NCBI GenBank assembly: GCA_965226885.1
Contig: CBDDEL010000016.1
Coordinates: forward strand, 887,195-951,194
Reading direction: 5' to 3'
Origin: Opitutales bacterium
Lineage (GTDB): Bacteria > Verrucomicrobiota > Verrucomicrobiia > Opitutales > UBA2987
DNA: 64,000 nucleotides
Positions within the stretch are counted from its first letter, which is position 1. Each line of letters starts with the position of its first letter. The notes under the pieces are model-generated. The model had not been told where the DNA came from. It saw nothing but the letters and a program-made list of their open reading frames with translations, and made no database searches. Below are positions 49,533 through 61,446 of this stretch, in pieces. A program made the translations under genes and the position numbers.

Positions 49533-50966
49533 ATGATTGAGGAACTCAAACGTATTTACCCCCCCAGCAGGTTGTTGATGGATCCCGCCCAGTTGGCGCC
49601 CTATGAATCGGACGGGCTGACCTCTTTCCGCAGTCGGCCACGCGCCGTTGTTCTTCCCGAAACGCAGGATGAGGTTATTCAAACGGTGCGCTGGTGTTTT
49701 CAACATTCTGTTCCATTCATGGCCCGGGGCAGCGGCACGAGTCTCTCAGGAGGTTCTGTTCCGGTGCAGGACGGCATCGTCATAGCTCTCAACCGTCTGA
49801 ACCGCATCGTTCGTCTCGATCCCGTGGAACGGACCGTTACGGTGGAGCCAGGCATCATCAACCTGAAGGTTTCAGAGGCGGCCGCACCCCACAATCTATA
49901 TTACGCTCCCGATCCCAGCAGCCAACAGATTTGCACCATCGGGGGCAACCTGGCATTCAATTCGGGTGGGGTCCACTGCCTTAAATACGGCATGACCTCC
50001 AATCACGTGCTGGGCATCAAGGCGGTTTTGCCGGACGGCGAGGTGGTCCGGTTCGGCAGTGATAGCCTGGAGACAGTGGGTCCGGATTTATCTGGATTTT
50101 ATTGCGGCAACGAAGGGCTTTTCGGGGTGGCTTTGGAAATCATCCTACGGCTCCTCCCGAAGCCGGAATTTTACCGCACGGTGATGGCCGCCTACGATAG
50201 CATGGAAGCCGCCGGTAATGCCGTGGCCCGCATCGTTTCCTCCGGTTTGCTGCCGGGTGGCTTGGAGATCATGGACCGGCTGGCAATCCAGGCGGCTGAG
50301 GCGGCTGTCAACGCTGGTTATCCGAAAGACGCCGCCGCCATCCTCATCGTCGAGCTGGATGGTGAAAAGGACGCCATTGAGAGCGATTTCAAAAGATTAA
50401 AATCCCTCATTGATGAAACCGGCGCCACCACTGTGATTGTGGCCCGCGACGAAGCGGAGCGATTGAAAATCTGGAAAGGCAGGAAAAGCGCATTTTCGGC
50501 CGTTGGACGCCTGTCGCCTGATTTCATCGTTCAGGACGGAGTCGTTCCGCGCGCCCGCTTAGGTGAAGCCCTGGCGGAAATCGAGCAGTTGAGCAAGATT
50601 TACAAACTGCGCGTGGCCAATGTCTTCCATGCGGGCGACGGCAACCTGCACCCCCTCATTCTATTTGACGGAAGAGAGGAAGGAGCCCACGAAAAAGCCG
50701 AAGAGCTGGCCGGAAAAATCATCCGGATGTGCATTCGCATGGGCGGTTCGATTACCGGAGAGCATGGAGTCGGACTCGAAAAACGAGCCTATTTGAAGGA
50801 AATGTTTTCATCTGTCGATATCGGGACGATGGAGCGCGTTCGGGGGCAGATCGATCCCAGTTTAATTTCCAACCCCGGTAAGATGATTCCCGGAGGCGAA
50901 GCACCCGCTTTGAGGCTCCAGGGTTTGCATCCTTTGGAGAAAGCGGGAATTTTATCAAGGGAATAG
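49533..50966 (+). CDS. glcD: Glycolate oxidase FAD-linked subunit
   Basis: [24 protein letters not shown] and GEHGVG motifs. Confidence 0.92.
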   Translation: MIEELKRIYPPSRLLMDPAQLAPYESDGLTSFRSRPRAVVLPETQDEVIQTVRWCFQHSVPFMARGSGTSLSGGSVPVQDGIVIALNRLNRIVRLDPVERTVTVEPGIINLKVSEAAAPHNLYYAPDPSSQQICTIGGNLAFNSGGVHCLKYGMTSNHVLGIKAVLPDGEVVRFGSDSLETVGPDLSGFYCGNEGLFGVALEIILRLLPKPEFYRTVMAAYDSMEAAGNAVARIVSSGLLPGGLEIMDRLAIQAAEAAVNAGYPKDAAAILIVELDGEKDAIESDFKRLKSLIDETGATTVIVARDEAERLKIWKGRKSAFSAVGRLSPDFIVQDGVVPRARLGEALAEIEQLSKIYKLRVANVFHAGDGNLHPLILFDGREEGAHEKAEELAGKIIRMCIRMGGSITGEHGVGLEKRAYLKEMFSSVDIGTMERVRGQIDPSLISNPGKMIPGGEAPALRLQGLHPLEKAGILSRE

Positions 50967-50970
50967 CCGT

Positions 50971-52089
50971 ATGAGCTCCGAACCGATTGAATTTTACCCC
51001 GCCGATGCGAAGGAAGCGGCTCAATATGTCATCAACAACCGCAATTTGCGACCGCGGGGTGGAGGAACGAAACCGGCCCTTTCTTCGCCACGAGTTGAGG
51101 AGCGAATCGTTGATTTAAGCCATATTTCGGGAATCCTGGAATACTCCCCGCAGGAATTCACCATTTCCGCTCTGGCCGGAACCCCCGTCCGGGAAATAGA
51201 AAACGCCCTGGCCGAAAACAACCAGTATTTACCCTTCGATCCTCCGTTGGTCTCTGCCGGCGCCACTTTGGGAGGAACCTTGGCCGCCGGTCTTTCCGGG
51301 CCGGGTCGCCGTAGGTTTGGAGGCATCCGCGACTTTGTTTTGGGCGTGCGCTTTATCGATGGTCTCGGCAACCTCGTTCTGGGTGGCGGAAAGGTGGTCA
51401 AGAACGCCGCCGGTTTCGATTTCCCAAAACTGATGGCGGGCAGTCTAGGGCGTTTGGGGATCGTCATCGAAACGACTTTTAAAGTCTTCCCTCGTCCTCA
51501 TTCCTACACCACCCTGGTGATGGATTGCGGTTCCCTGGGGGATGCTTTGAACGGAATCAACAAACTCAATTCCCTCTCCATCGATCTGGAAGCCCTCGAT
51601 CTGGTTCCGGCAGGCCTGCTCTATATCCGAATGGGTGGATTTGCCGACTCCTTCCCGAAACGCCTCCAGCGACTGCGGGAACTCCTTCAGCAGGAGGGCC
51701 GACTCCTTCATGAAAATGAGGAGGCACAATACTGGCAGGAAGCGCGGGAATTTTCCTGGTCTCCACCGGAAGGCTTTTTAATCAAGATTCCCATGACTCT
51801 TTCCAGGATGGTAAAATTCGACCAGGCAATGGAATCGGCGGGGCTGGAACGGCGTTACAGTGCGGGCGCCTGCCTGGCTTGGGTGGGAGGAAAGGATTGC
51901 CAGGGTCTGGAAGCCATCGATGCAAAATTAGGCGATCTCGATCTTTCCGGCCTAGTCCTTCGCGGCGAAGTGGACTATCCTGTTTTGGGCACATTCAGTG
52001 GATTCGGCTTTCTGCAAAGAATCAAAAAAGCCCTCGATCCGGAAAACCGCTTTTTACCTTTTCTAGAGAAAATACGGACGAAATCCTGA
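50971..52089 (+). CDS. glcE: Glycolate oxidase FAD-binding subunit
   Basis: GGGTK, GGKVVKNAAGFD and GSLGRLG motifs. Confidence 0.9.
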   Translation: MSSEPIEFYPADAKEAAQYVINNRNLRPRGGGTKPALSSPRVEERIVDLSHISGILEYSPQEFTISALAGTPVREIENALAENNQYLPFDPPLVSAGATLGGTLAAGLSGPGRRRFGGIRDFVLGVRFIDGLGNLVLGGGKVVKNAAGFDFPKLMAGSLGRLGIVIETTFKVFPRPHSYTTLVMDCGSLGDALNGINKLNSLSIDLEALDLVPAGLLYIRMGGFADSFPKRLQRLRELLQQEGRLLHENEEAQYWQEAREFSWSPPEGFLIKIPMTLSRMVKFDQAMESAGLERRYSAGACLAWVGGKDCQGLEAIDAKLGDLDLSGLVLRGEVDYPVLGTFSGFGFLQRIKKALDPENRFLPFLEKIRTKS

Positions 52090-52092
52090 ATC

Positions 52093-53391
52093 ATGCTGCA
52101 TAATATTGAAGCGGATAAATTTGGCCCTCGCGGCAAGGGCATGGTCAAGGCGATCGAGTCCTGCGTGCATTGCGGATTCTGCCTGCCCACCTGCCCAACC
52201 TACATGACGATGGGAGAGGAAATGGATTCCCCGCGCGGGCGCATCTTTTTAATGAAGGAGGTTCTCGAAGGCCGCATGAAGCCGGATCAGGTGGCGCCTT
52301 ATGTGGACCAATGCCTGGGCTGCCTGGCCTGCGAGACATCCTGCCCTTCCGGTGTTCGCTACGGCCAACTCATTTCTCCTTATCGGGCCTATGCCCATAA
52401 AAACCGCAAAAGGACTTTCTTTCAAAAAGTCTTTCGCCTGCTCTTGATGGAAAGCATTCCCTACCCTGCCCGGTTTCGGTTTCTTCTCCGGGCGGGCGCA
52501 TTGTCCAAACCTTTTCAGGGATTGCTGCCGAAAAATCTGCGGGCCCCCCTGAGTCTTCTTCCAAAAACCATACCCAGAGCGGAGGATTCGCCCGAGGTCT
52601 ATCCGGCCCAGGGCGAACGGCGGGCCAGGGTCGCTTTGCTGGCCGGTTGCGCCCAACAGGTCATGGCTCCGGAAATCAACCGGGCCACTCTGCGGGTTTT
52701 AAGTGAAAATGGGGTCGAGGTGGTAATTCCGAAATCGCAAGGCTGCTGCGGCGCTTTAGCCATGCATTTGGGAGAGGATCAAAGAGCCAAAGTCCTGGCC
52801 CGAAAAAATCTTCAAGCGTTTGCCCTTGCCGGGCCTGTGGACGCCATCCTCACCAATGCTGCCGGCTGCGGGTCCGGTCTTTCCGAATACGGTGACCTTT
52901 TTCGCGGCGAACCGGAAGAAGATCGGGCGGAAAAACTCTCCGCCCAGGTTCAGGACGTCAGCCAGTTTTTGCACACTTTGGGGCTGAAAACCCCCGACGG
53001 CCTGCCAACACCCCAAAAAATCGCCTACCACGATGCCTGTCATCTGGCCCACGCCCAGGGTGTTCGCGAGGCGCCACGGGCTCTTTTGCAAAGCATTCCC
53101 AACCTGACGCTGGTGGAACCGCTGGAATGGGAAATCTGCTGCGGCTCGGCCGGAACCTACAATCTGGAATTTCCTGAAACGGCGGATCTGCTGGGCAGGC
53201 GTAAAGCCCAAAACCTGGCCGCCACCGGGGCCGATGCCGTAGCCACCGGAAATATCGGCTGCCTGATTCAGGTCCGCGGCCAATTGGAGAAACTGGGATC
53301 CAATATCTCAGTTTTCCACACCATGCAAATCCTCGAAAAAGCCTACCGAAACGGCGGTGCTATGGAAAACAAAACAATGGAGACGAAATGA
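52093..53391 (+). CDS. glcF: Glycolate oxidase iron-sulfur subunit
   Basis: CVHCGFCLPTCP and CLGCLACETSCP clusters, two CCG domains. Confidence 0.93.
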   Translation: MLHNIEADKFGPRGKGMVKAIESCVHCGFCLPTCPTYMTMGEEMDSPRGRIFLMKEVLEGRMKPDQVAPYVDQCLGCLACETSCPSGVRYGQLISPYRAYAHKNRKRTFFQKVFRLLLMESIPYPARFRFLLRAGALSKPFQGLLPKNLRAPLSLLPKTIPRAEDSPEVYPAQGERRARVALLAGCAQQVMAPEINRATLRVLSENGVEVVIPKSQGCCGALAMHLGEDQRAKVLARKNLQAFALAGPVDAILTNAAGCGSGLSEYGDLFRGEPEEDRAEKLSAQVQDVSQFLHTLGLKTPDGLPTPQKIAYHDACHLAHAQGVREAPRALLQSIPNLTLVEPLEWEICCGSAGTYNLEFPETADLLGRRKAQNLAATGADAVATGNIGCLIQVRGQLEKLGSNISVFHTMQILEKAYRNGGAMENKTMETK

Positions 53392-54758
53392 CTGAAGCTG
53401 AGGGCGAATCTTCCCGGTATCGTTGGTATGTCGCTATTCTTCTCACTTGTTTTTACATGATGTCCTTTGTCGATCGTCTTATCGTCGGTTTGCTGGTGGA
53501 ACCGATCAAGGCCGATCTGAATCTTAGCGACCTGCAGATCAGCCTGCTGCACGGGTTCAGTTTTGCCCTTTTTTATACTTTCTTCGGCCTGATTATGGGG
53601 CGTCTTGCCGATACCATGAATCGCCGCAATTTGATCGGATTTGGGGTGGTCGCCTGGAGTTTGCTGACTATAATGTGCGGGACAGCCACCCGTTTTTGGC
53701 ATCTTCTCGTTTTGCGTGTCGGCGTGGGCCTCGGGGAGGCGACATTGACTCCCGCCGCCTATTCCATAATTGCGGATTATTTTCCGCCGGAAAAACGCCC
53801 CGCCGCCCTCAGTGTATTTTCGGCAGGCGTTTATCTCGGTATCGCCCTGGCCTTTATAGGAGGGGCTTATCTCTATCGATTTTTCGAATACTGGCTGACA
53901 TCACGGGGCGGTCTCGTCCTGCCCATGATGGGAGAAGTCCAACCGTGGCAGTTGGTCTTTGTCGCGGTGGGGCTGCCCGGCCTGCTATTATCGACTCTGC
54001 TCGTCACGGTGCGGGAACCGCGGCGACGCCACGATCAGGTTTCAATCTCGGCCCAAGAGGGAATGGCTGAGACTGAAGTAGAGCCTTTTAAAAATGTTGT
54101 CAGGTATTTTTGCCGGAACTGGCGAACGGTTCTGGGACACAATATGGGAATCGCCCTGATTTCGGCCTCCGCATATTCGCGCGACCTGTGGAATGTGGCC
54201 TTTTTCGAAAGAACCTACGGCTGGAAGCTCTACGAGACCGGCCCCTGGTACGGCATTCTGGTCCTCGTGGCCGGCATCTGCGGGGTCATGCTGGGGGGTA
54301 GATTGGGAAATTATTATGCCCGTAAAAAAATCCCCGGCGGCAACATGAAAATTATGTTCTACGCGGCCTTGGGGGGAATCCCGTTTGGTTTGAGCTACCC
54401 GTTGATGCCGACGCCCGAACTTTCGTTGCTGCTCATATTTCCGGCCATATTTACGACCTCGATGCCTTTCGGAGTGGCGGCGGCTGCTGTCCAGGAAATG
54501 ATGCCCTCTAGGATGCGGGGATTTGGGGGCGCTCTCATGCTCTCCGCCAACAGCATTATCGGCATGGGTGTCGGACCGGTTTTGGTGGCGATTATGACGG
54601 ACCGCATTTTAGCCGATGAGGGCTTGCTCAATATTTCCCTGGCCGTCGTAACGCTGGCCATTCAGCTTTCCGCAGCCCTATTTATTTTCAGCGCCTTGAA
54701 GCCTTTCAAGAAGACCCTGGCCGAGTTGGGAGGGAGGGAGGTTCATTCCCAACTATAA
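53388..54758 (+). CDS. MFS transporter (spinster-like)
   Basis: SFVDR, GRLADTMNRR and RVGVGLGEA motifs; about 12 TM segments. Confidence 0.88.
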   Translation: MTEAEGESSRYRWYVAILLTCFYMMSFVDRLIVGLLVEPIKADLNLSDLQISLLHGFSFALFYTFFGLIMGRLADTMNRRNLIGFGVVAWSLLTIMCGTATRFWHLLVLRVGVGLGEATLTPAAYSIIADYFPPEKRPAALSVFSAGVYLGIALAFIGGAYLYRFFEYWLTSRGGLVLPMMGEVQPWQLVFVAVGLPGLLLSTLLVTVREPRRRHDQVSISAQEGMAETEVEPFKNVVRYFCRNWRTVLGHNMGIALISASAYSRDLWNVAFFERTYGWKLYETGPWYGILVLVAGICGVMLGGRLGNYYARKKIPGGNMKIMFYAALGGIPFGLSYPLMPTPELSLLLIFPAIFTTSMPFGVAAAAVQEMMPSRMRGFGGALMLSANSIIGMGVGPVLVAIMTDRILADEGLLNISLAVVTLAIQLSAALFIFSALKPFKKTLAELGGREVHSQL

Positions 54759-56182
54759 AAGCGTCGGCGGCCACGGCGCCCTTCCCTTCCGCAAAAACTA
54801 CCAGTGGGTTGATATCCAGTTCCGAAATCTGGTCGCCCAGTTCCATCGCCAATTGGGAGAGGTTTTGCAGGATTTTCACGACGGCGGCACGATCAACGGG
54901 CGGTTTTCCGCGCGCGCCCTTCAAAATTTCCGCCCCTTTGATTTCATCTACCATGGACCAGGCGTCCTTTTCCCTTAAAGGCGCAACACGCAGCGAAATA
55001 TCGGTCAGGACTTCGGTGAAAATTCCTCCCAGACCAAACAGGATGACCGGGCCGCATTGGGCGTCGATCATTATACCGGCAATAACTTCAACGGCGTTGT
55101 TCAAGTCCAGCATTTCCTGCACGAGGACGCCGTTGATACGGTCTTCACCGACGGCTCTGGCTGCGTTTGCCATAATTTCGTTATAGGCCGTTGCCAAAGC
55201 TTCCGGGTCGGAAATATCGAGGCGGATAACGTCCGCTTCGGTTTTATGGGGCAGGTGCGCCGAGTCTGCCTTCAAGACCACGGGGAAACCCATTTCCAAC
55301 GCTGCTTGCTGCGCTTCCTCCACCGTTGCAACGAGTTTTCCGGCCGTAACCGGGATGTCGTATAATTGCAAAATTTCCTTGCTCCGGCTCTCGGATTGCG
55401 GTGAGGGCGAGAGCTTTTCGGCAGCCTTGGCCGTCCGCTTTGCGTCCGTTTGGCAATGCCCCAAGGCGGTTGGATTTTTCTGCCCGGCGGAAAAGTCGCT
55501 CAGGTGGCCAATGGCCCTGAGGCTCTCGACCGATCCCTGCAAGATAGGCGTTTTTCCTTTTTCCAAATCCGAGCGCAGGCCGGGATGCAATCCCCCGGAA
55601 ATATTGCTGAAAACGATGACCGGTTTGTCGAGCAATTTGGCTGTCCGCACGATCGAACCGGTGGCCATTTTGTAGAAATCGGCCTGTTGGGGGCAAGTTC
55701 CGGCTTGTATGTCGAGGCTGACCGCCACCAAATCGATTGCGGGGTCGCGTCCCAGGGCGGCCAGGCAGTTGGCGTAGGTTTCCCCCAGGTCGCCGTTTCC
55801 CCAGGCATCCAGTGGGTTGGCAATATTGCTGTAAGGCGGCAGGTGTTTTTTCACCTCTGCCACGGTCTCCTCGGACAAGGGCGGAAGGCGCAGGCCGATA
55901 TCGTCAGAGAGGTCGGCCAGGAGACCGATTTCACCCCCGTAGACGGCCAACATGCCCACTCCATCTCCGCTCGGACGCCGGTCGCCCAAGTCCACAAAAA
56001 GGGAAGCGGTTTCCAGCATTTCGTTGATATTTTGCACGCGAATAATCCCGCATTGCCGGAAAAGGGCGTCCAGGGCCTTGTCGGCTCCGGCCAGGGCGCC
56101 GGTGTGGGAGGCAACCGTTCGTTGCGATAAAAGGGAGCGGCCCACCTTGAGAACGATTATCGGTTTGCCGCAATCGCGCGCC
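54706..56182 (-). pseudogene. Acetate/acyl-CoA ligase (ADP-forming), N-terminus lost at the IS21 boundary
   Basis: KPIIVLKVGRS...SHTGALAG, NPLD, HKTEA and ELDINPL motifs. The CoA-binding N-terminal domain is not found beyond IS21. Confidence 0.82.
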
Positions 56183-56256
56183 TGTAAACGCCGGGGAAAA
56201 ACCGGTACGGTAAAGAGGGCGCTTTAAAACCGGTACGCTTATCCTAGAAAGGAGGA

Positions 56257-57762
56257 GTGTATCGAGATATGAAGCAATGGACAAGAGTGCGGCACAAAGT
56301 GCTGCGGGACAAGCAGAGCAAGCGCTCTGTAATGCGAGAAGAGGGACTGCACTGGGAGACCCTGGGAAAGATGCTGGCCTATTCCCAGCCGCCGGGAGAC
56401 CGGCGCAAGAAGAGGCGAGAGCGCAAGATCGATCCGTATGTGGGCTGGATCGAGGAGGTGCTCAAAGCGGACCGGAACGTGCCCAAGAAGCAGCGCCATA
56501 CGGCCAAACGGATCTACCAGCGTTTGGGTCGGGAGAAGGGCTACCAAGGGGGCTACACGGCGGTCAAGGAGGTGGTGGCCGAGCTGCGAGCGAGGCGGCG
56601 GGAAGTGTTCGTGCCGCTGGAGCACCGCCCCGGGGAGGGACAGGTGGACTTCGGTCATGCCCTGGTGAAGGAGGCGGGGCAATTGCGTAGGCGGCCATTT
56701 TTTGCCATGAGCCTGCCCTACAGCGATGCCTTTTTCGTGCAGGTGTTCGAACGGGAGTGCACGGAGAGCTTCTGGGAGGGGCACCTGCGAGCTTTTGAGT
56801 TTTTCGGGGCGGTGCCCCGGCGCATCAGCTATGACAACTCGAAGGTGGCGGTGGGTAAGATTATCGGTTCGCGTGAACGCAAGCTGACCGACGGGTTTCT
56901 GCAGCTACAGAGCCATTACCTGTTCGAGGAACACTTCTGTCTGCCCGCCCGGCCCAACGAGAAGGGCGTGGTCGAGGGGATCGTGCGTTATGCCCGGGCC
57001 AACTTCCTGGTACCGGTACCGCAGGTTCGGGACCTGGAGGAACTCAACGCAAAGCTGTTGGAGGCATGTGAGCGGGACATGGAGCGTAAATTACGCGGGA
57101 AAAGGGCGGTGAAAAAGGAACTGCTGGCCGAGGAGCGCGCCGTCATGCTGGCGTTGCCGCCCATACCCTTTGAAGCGAGCCGCAAACGCTCGACCTGCGT
57201 CAGCAGCCTCTCGCTGGTGCGCTTCGAGTGCAACGACTATTCGGTGCCGGTGCGCTGCGCCCACCATCCGGTGGTGGTGGAAGGGTCCTGTCGGCAGGTG
57301 GTGATCTTCTGTGGGGGCCAAGAGGTGGCCCGGCACCGCCGCATTTGGGATAAAGAGCAAGTCTCTTTCGAGCCGGTGCACTACCTGGCTTTGCTGGAGA
57401 AAAAACCGGGCGCTTTGGACTTCGCCCGCCCACTCTCGGGCTGGCAGTTGCCGCAGTGCCTGCAGGTCCTCAGACGCCGGCTCGAAAGCCAATGCGGGGG
57501 CGAAGGCACCCGGGAGTATATCCGGGTGCTGCGGCTGTTGGAGAAACACCCCATGGCGGCCTTGCAGCAGGCCGTCGTCTCGGCCCTGCGGGAGGGGGGA
57601 CTGACTCGTGAGGCCATCGCCCAGTATCTCTATCCTCAGGAAGACTACGGGAGCAGAACCTTCCGGCTGGACGGCCATCCACACCTGCGTCACGTCCGTG
57701 TGGCCGCCCCTGACCTCGGTGCCTACAGCGAACTGCTCAAGATTCCAGGAGGGGCTTTATGA
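56257..57762 (+). CDS. istA: IS21 transposase IstA
   Basis: GQVDFG, YDNSK, EKGVVE and YSVP motifs. Confidence 0.92.
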   Translation: MYRDMKQWTRVRHKVLRDKQSKRSVMREEGLHWETLGKMLAYSQPPGDRRKKRRERKIDPYVGWIEEVLKADRNVPKKQRHTAKRIYQRLGREKGYQGGYTAVKEVVAELRARRREVFVPLEHRPGEGQVDFGHALVKEAGQLRRRPFFAMSLPYSDAFFVQVFERECTESFWEGHLRAFEFFGAVPRRISYDNSKVAVGKIIGSRERKLTDGFLQLQSHYLFEEHFCLPARPNEKGVVEGIVRYARANFLVPVPQVRDLEELNAKLLEACERDMERKLRGKRAVKKELLAEERAVMLALPPIPFEASRKRSTCVSSLSLVRFECNDYSVPVRCAHHPVVVEGSCRQVVIFCGGQEVARHRRIWDKEQVSFEPVHYLALLEKKPGALDFARPLSGWQLPQCLQVLRRRLESQCGGEGTREYIRVLRLLEKHPMAALQQAVVSALREGGLTREAIAQYLYPQEDYGSRTFRLDGHPHLRHVRVAAPDLGAYSELLKIPGGAL

Positions 57763-58526
57763 AGGAAGAAAAAAACCAGCTGCTGTTACACCATCACCTC
57801 AAGAAACTGAAGTTGCCCACCATCCTGCGCGAATGGCCGGCGGTGGCCGCGGCTTGTTCCCGGGACCGGCTCGATTACGCCGCCTTTTTGTTGCATCTGG
57901 TCGAACGGGAGCTCATTGAACGCGAACAGCGGGCCGCCCAGCGGCGGATCAAAAACGCCCGTTTCCCCGTGCTCAAGACCCTCGAGAGCTTCGCCTTTGA
58001 AGCGCAGCCCTCGATCAACGAAGCGCTCATCCGAGAGCTCATGCGCGGGGAGTATGTCGACCAGCGCGAAAACGTGCTGCTCCTCGGTAACGCCGGTACC
58101 GGTAAAACGCACCTGGCCACCGCCCTGGGCTTTGCCGCCTGTGCCCAGGGCCGGCGGATCCGTTTCTTCGGGGTCACCGCCCTGGTTACCCATATGCTCG
58201 AGCAACGCGACAACCACGACCTGCAGCGCTTCATGAAGCAACTCGAAAGGCTCGACCTACTCATCCTCGACGAACTCGGTTACGTCCCTTTTTCCAAGAC
58301 CGGTTCCGAACTGCTCTTCGACGTGGTCAGCCGCGCTTACGAGCGCACCAGTCTCATCGTCACCACCAACCTGCCCTTTGAGAACTGGATCGAAGTGCTC
58401 GGTTCCGAACGGCTCACCGGAGCTCTGCTGGACCGACTCACCCATCGGGTGCATATCCTCGAAGCCAACGGGCAAAGCTACCGCTTGCGCGATGCTCGAC
58501 GCCGTCGCCGTGGCACAAAACAATAA
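57759..58526 (+). CDS. istB: IS21 helper ATPase IstB
   Basis: GNAGTGKTHLA, LLILDELGY, TTNLPF and LLDRLTH motifs. Confidence 0.93.
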   Translation: MKEEKNQLLLHHHLKKLKLPTILREWPAVAAACSRDRLDYAAFLLHLVERELIEREQRAAQRRIKNARFPVLKTLESFAFEAQPSINEALIRELMRGEYVDQRENVLLLGNAGTGKTHLATALGFAACAQGRRIRFFGVTALVTHMLEQRDNHDLQRFMKQLERLDLLILDELGYVPFSKTGSELLFDVVSRAYERTSLIVTTNLPFENWIEVLGSERLTGALLDRLTHRVHILEANGQSYRLRDARRRRRGTKQ

Positions 58527-58709
58527 ACGCCTTGGGCCCGGCTCGTCGGCCTCCGGCCTCCTCACCGACCCCAAGCCAATCCCCAAAACCAACTCCCAAA
58601 CCCTAAACCTTGACGTACCTGCAATTACTAACCTAAACCTTATTCCAAGCGTACCGGTTTTACCCCGACCCCCGTACCGGTTTCATCCCGGCGTTTACAT
58701 CCGGGTTAG

Positions 58710-59536
58710 CCCGGATATTTCGTAAAAAAAGTATCGTTGATATGCTTAACTGCTGATATACAGCAGGATAGATCAATAATTAAAGCAATATCAGCGATGA
58801 CAAAAGGTAAACAATTAAAGCTACAGTTGACAAGGGTAAAAGGCCGCCGTGTGCGGGTTGATTTCAAGGGCGGAGAGGTTACTTCGGATGCCGGACTGCT
58901 TTTGATCCGGGAAGTGGATCGGCAGTTGGGCTTGACCGAACGAGCGGCCCGACAGTTAGTGGACAAACGGCAGAAGGGCAAAGTACGCCATGAGGTATTG
59001 GGGATGCTGCGGCAGCGCGTTTACGGGCTGGTGGCGGGCTATGAGGATTTGAACGACTTTGATACCCTGCGCCACGATCCATTGTTGCCAACGGTAACGG
59101 GGCGCATTGAAACGTTGGCCAGCGCGCCGACTTTGTGTCGTTTTGAAAACGGGCAGGATCGGCGGGCGGCCTTTGCGGTAAACGAGCTGTTGGTCGAACA
59201 GTTCATGGGCTCCTTTGCCGAGGAACCCGAAGAGATCATCCTGGACTTTGACGCCACCGACAATCCGGTGCACGGGCTCCAGGAGGGACGTTTTTTCCAC
59301 GGTTATTATGATCATTACTGTTTTCTGCCGCTATATGTTTTTTGCGGTGATCAGCTGCTGGTGGCCTACCTGCGGCCGAGCAAGATCGATGCCAGCAAGC
59401 ATGCCGGGGCCATCCTCAAATTGCTGGTTAAACGGATTCGCCAAAGCTGGCCCCGTACGCGGATTATTTGGCGCGCCGACAGTGGATTTTGTCGAGACCG
59501 GATACTCTCTTGGTGCGACCGCAACGAAGTTAGTTA
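58710..59536 (+). mobile_element. IS1380 copy 3, 3'-truncated
   Basis: Near-identical to copy 1 from the left inverted repeat to GAAGTTAGTTA, then unrelated sequence begins. Confidence 0.9.
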
Positions 59537-59668
59537 GAGGCTGTCCCAAAAATATAAAGATTTTATAGTCAACTGGATGACGTTGATAAAAAGAGCCGGA
59601 AAGAGCAAGTTTTTGCTCGATCCGGCCAAAAAAGGGTTCTATAATTGAGTTAGCGAAAATCAATATAG

Positions 59669-61354
59669 CCCATATTTCCCATTTCATCATAAGAAAATTA
59701 GCTTGAAATAAGCGCTATGTGTTTAATAATAAGTTACTTAAATATACTTATAACGAGCAAATTCTTAAAATCCAATGGGTGACGCAAAAAAGAGCAGTTT
59801 TCGGGTTCAATTCAACCGCCGAATCAAGTTGGAGTTCCACGGTGCGAAGGTTACCAGTGATGCAGGATTGTTACTCTACCGGGAACTCGATGAGGCTTTC
59901 GGGCTGACTGCAATAGGAAGCAAAAATGTGGTGGAGGAGCGCACGGGCAAAAATATCCAGCACGGCAGAACGGCTCTGCTTCGGCAGTCTGTCTTTAGTC
60001 GCCTGGCAGGATACAAAGATACGAACGATGCGGAGCGCCTGCGCTTTGATCCGGTCATGAGGCAGATTGTCGGGGGTCGTGCCGATTGGCAACCGGCGGC
60101 TTCGCCCAGTGAAATGAGCCGCTTTGAAACACAGATGTTAACCAAGCCTGCGAATCTGAGCGCACTGATGGACATGAGTGGTCAATGGATCGACCAGGTG
60201 AATAGGCGAGTGGGGATGAAAAAATTGATTCTCGATATGGATAGTTCGGAGAGCCCTACTTACGGGAAGCAGGAAGGCTCAGCCTTCAACGGTCATTTCG
60301 GCTGCACCTGTTACCATCCCCTGTTCTGCTTCAACCAGTTTGGTGATCTGGAACGGGCCAACCTGCGTAAAGGCAATGTGCACAGTGCCGACGATTGGTT
60401 GTCGGTGCTCCAACCGGTCGTTGCCCGCTATCGTGACTGTCCCCTGAAACGATTTTTCCGAGGTGACGCAGCCTTCGCCAATCCGGACCTCTACGGTTAC
60501 CTTGAGCAAGAGAACTTCTCCTATGCCATTCGGCTGCAGAGCAACACGATTTTACAAAAACATATCGCCCCTTTACTCACTCGGCCAGTGGGGCGACCCT
60601 CGTGGGCACCCAAGGTGTTTTATGCCAGTTTTCCGTATCAAGCCGCTAGTTGGCAGAGACCTCGCCGGGTGGTGGCCAAGGTCGAGTGGCAGGCCGGAGA
60701 GTTATTTGCGCGGGTCGGTTTCATCGTGACAAATCTGAACTGGCCACCCAGGAAGGTAGTGAAATTTTACAACCACCGGGGCACCGCAGAGCAGTGGATC
60801 AAAGAGGGCAAACATGCCATCCACTGGACCCGCTTGTCCTGCCATGACTTTGAGGACAATGCCGTTCGGCTTAGCCTACAATCTGGGCAACTTCATGCGC
60901 CGGTTGATTCTTCCTGGCAAGGTGAAGCACTAGATGCTGAGCTCTTTGCGGGAGAAACTCATCAAAATCGGAGCAAAGGTGATCCACCATGCCAAGTATA
61001 TCACTTTCCAGATGGCTGAGGTGGCCATCCCAAGAGAAATGTTTCGAACCATGCTCAAGCGAGTAGAGCGACTGCGACTCGCACCTGATACGGGGTGAGT
61101 AAGAAGATTTTTCGATACAAAAGGAATCAGTGCTGTGGGAATCAGTGCTGTGGAAACCTCCAACAGAAGGAAATATCTTTCCCTGATTTGACCAAGCAAA
61201 GGGAAAATCAGCAATAATTGTTAAATACTGCCGATTTGATCATCAAATAACCAAGGAAAGGATTGCAAAATCACATTGAAAGCAGAAAATTGGATCGAAA
61301 TATTAGAAAGTAGCTATTTTCAACGATTACGAATGTTCATATGGGAAATCTCGG
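59669..61354 (+). mobile_element. Second, distinct IS1380 family element
   Basis: Imperfect inverted repeats CCCATATTTCCCAT / ATGGGAAATCTCGG; no target duplication seen. Confidence 0.75.
59775..61098 (+). pseudogene. IS1380 transposase with a frameshift near 60870
   Basis: TSDAGLL, LDMDSS, RGDAAF and RGTAEQWIKEGK motifs. The C-terminus LAYNLGNFMRR...LREKLIKIGAKV is in another frame. Confidence 0.85.
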
Positions 61355-61446
61355 CTTTCATACCATCTTAACATGACTGATTTATTCGGGATTGTCTAGC
61401 TCTTTTTTTATCTTTTTGCTTATCAGCTAGTTGCGTCTTAGAATCT

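Larger units (their letters stand above)
56183..58699 (+). mobile_element. IS21 family insertion sequence
   Basis: Ends TGTAAACGCCGGG / CCCGGCGTTTACA, internal AAAACCGGTACG repeats at both ends; no target duplication. Confidence 0.93.
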
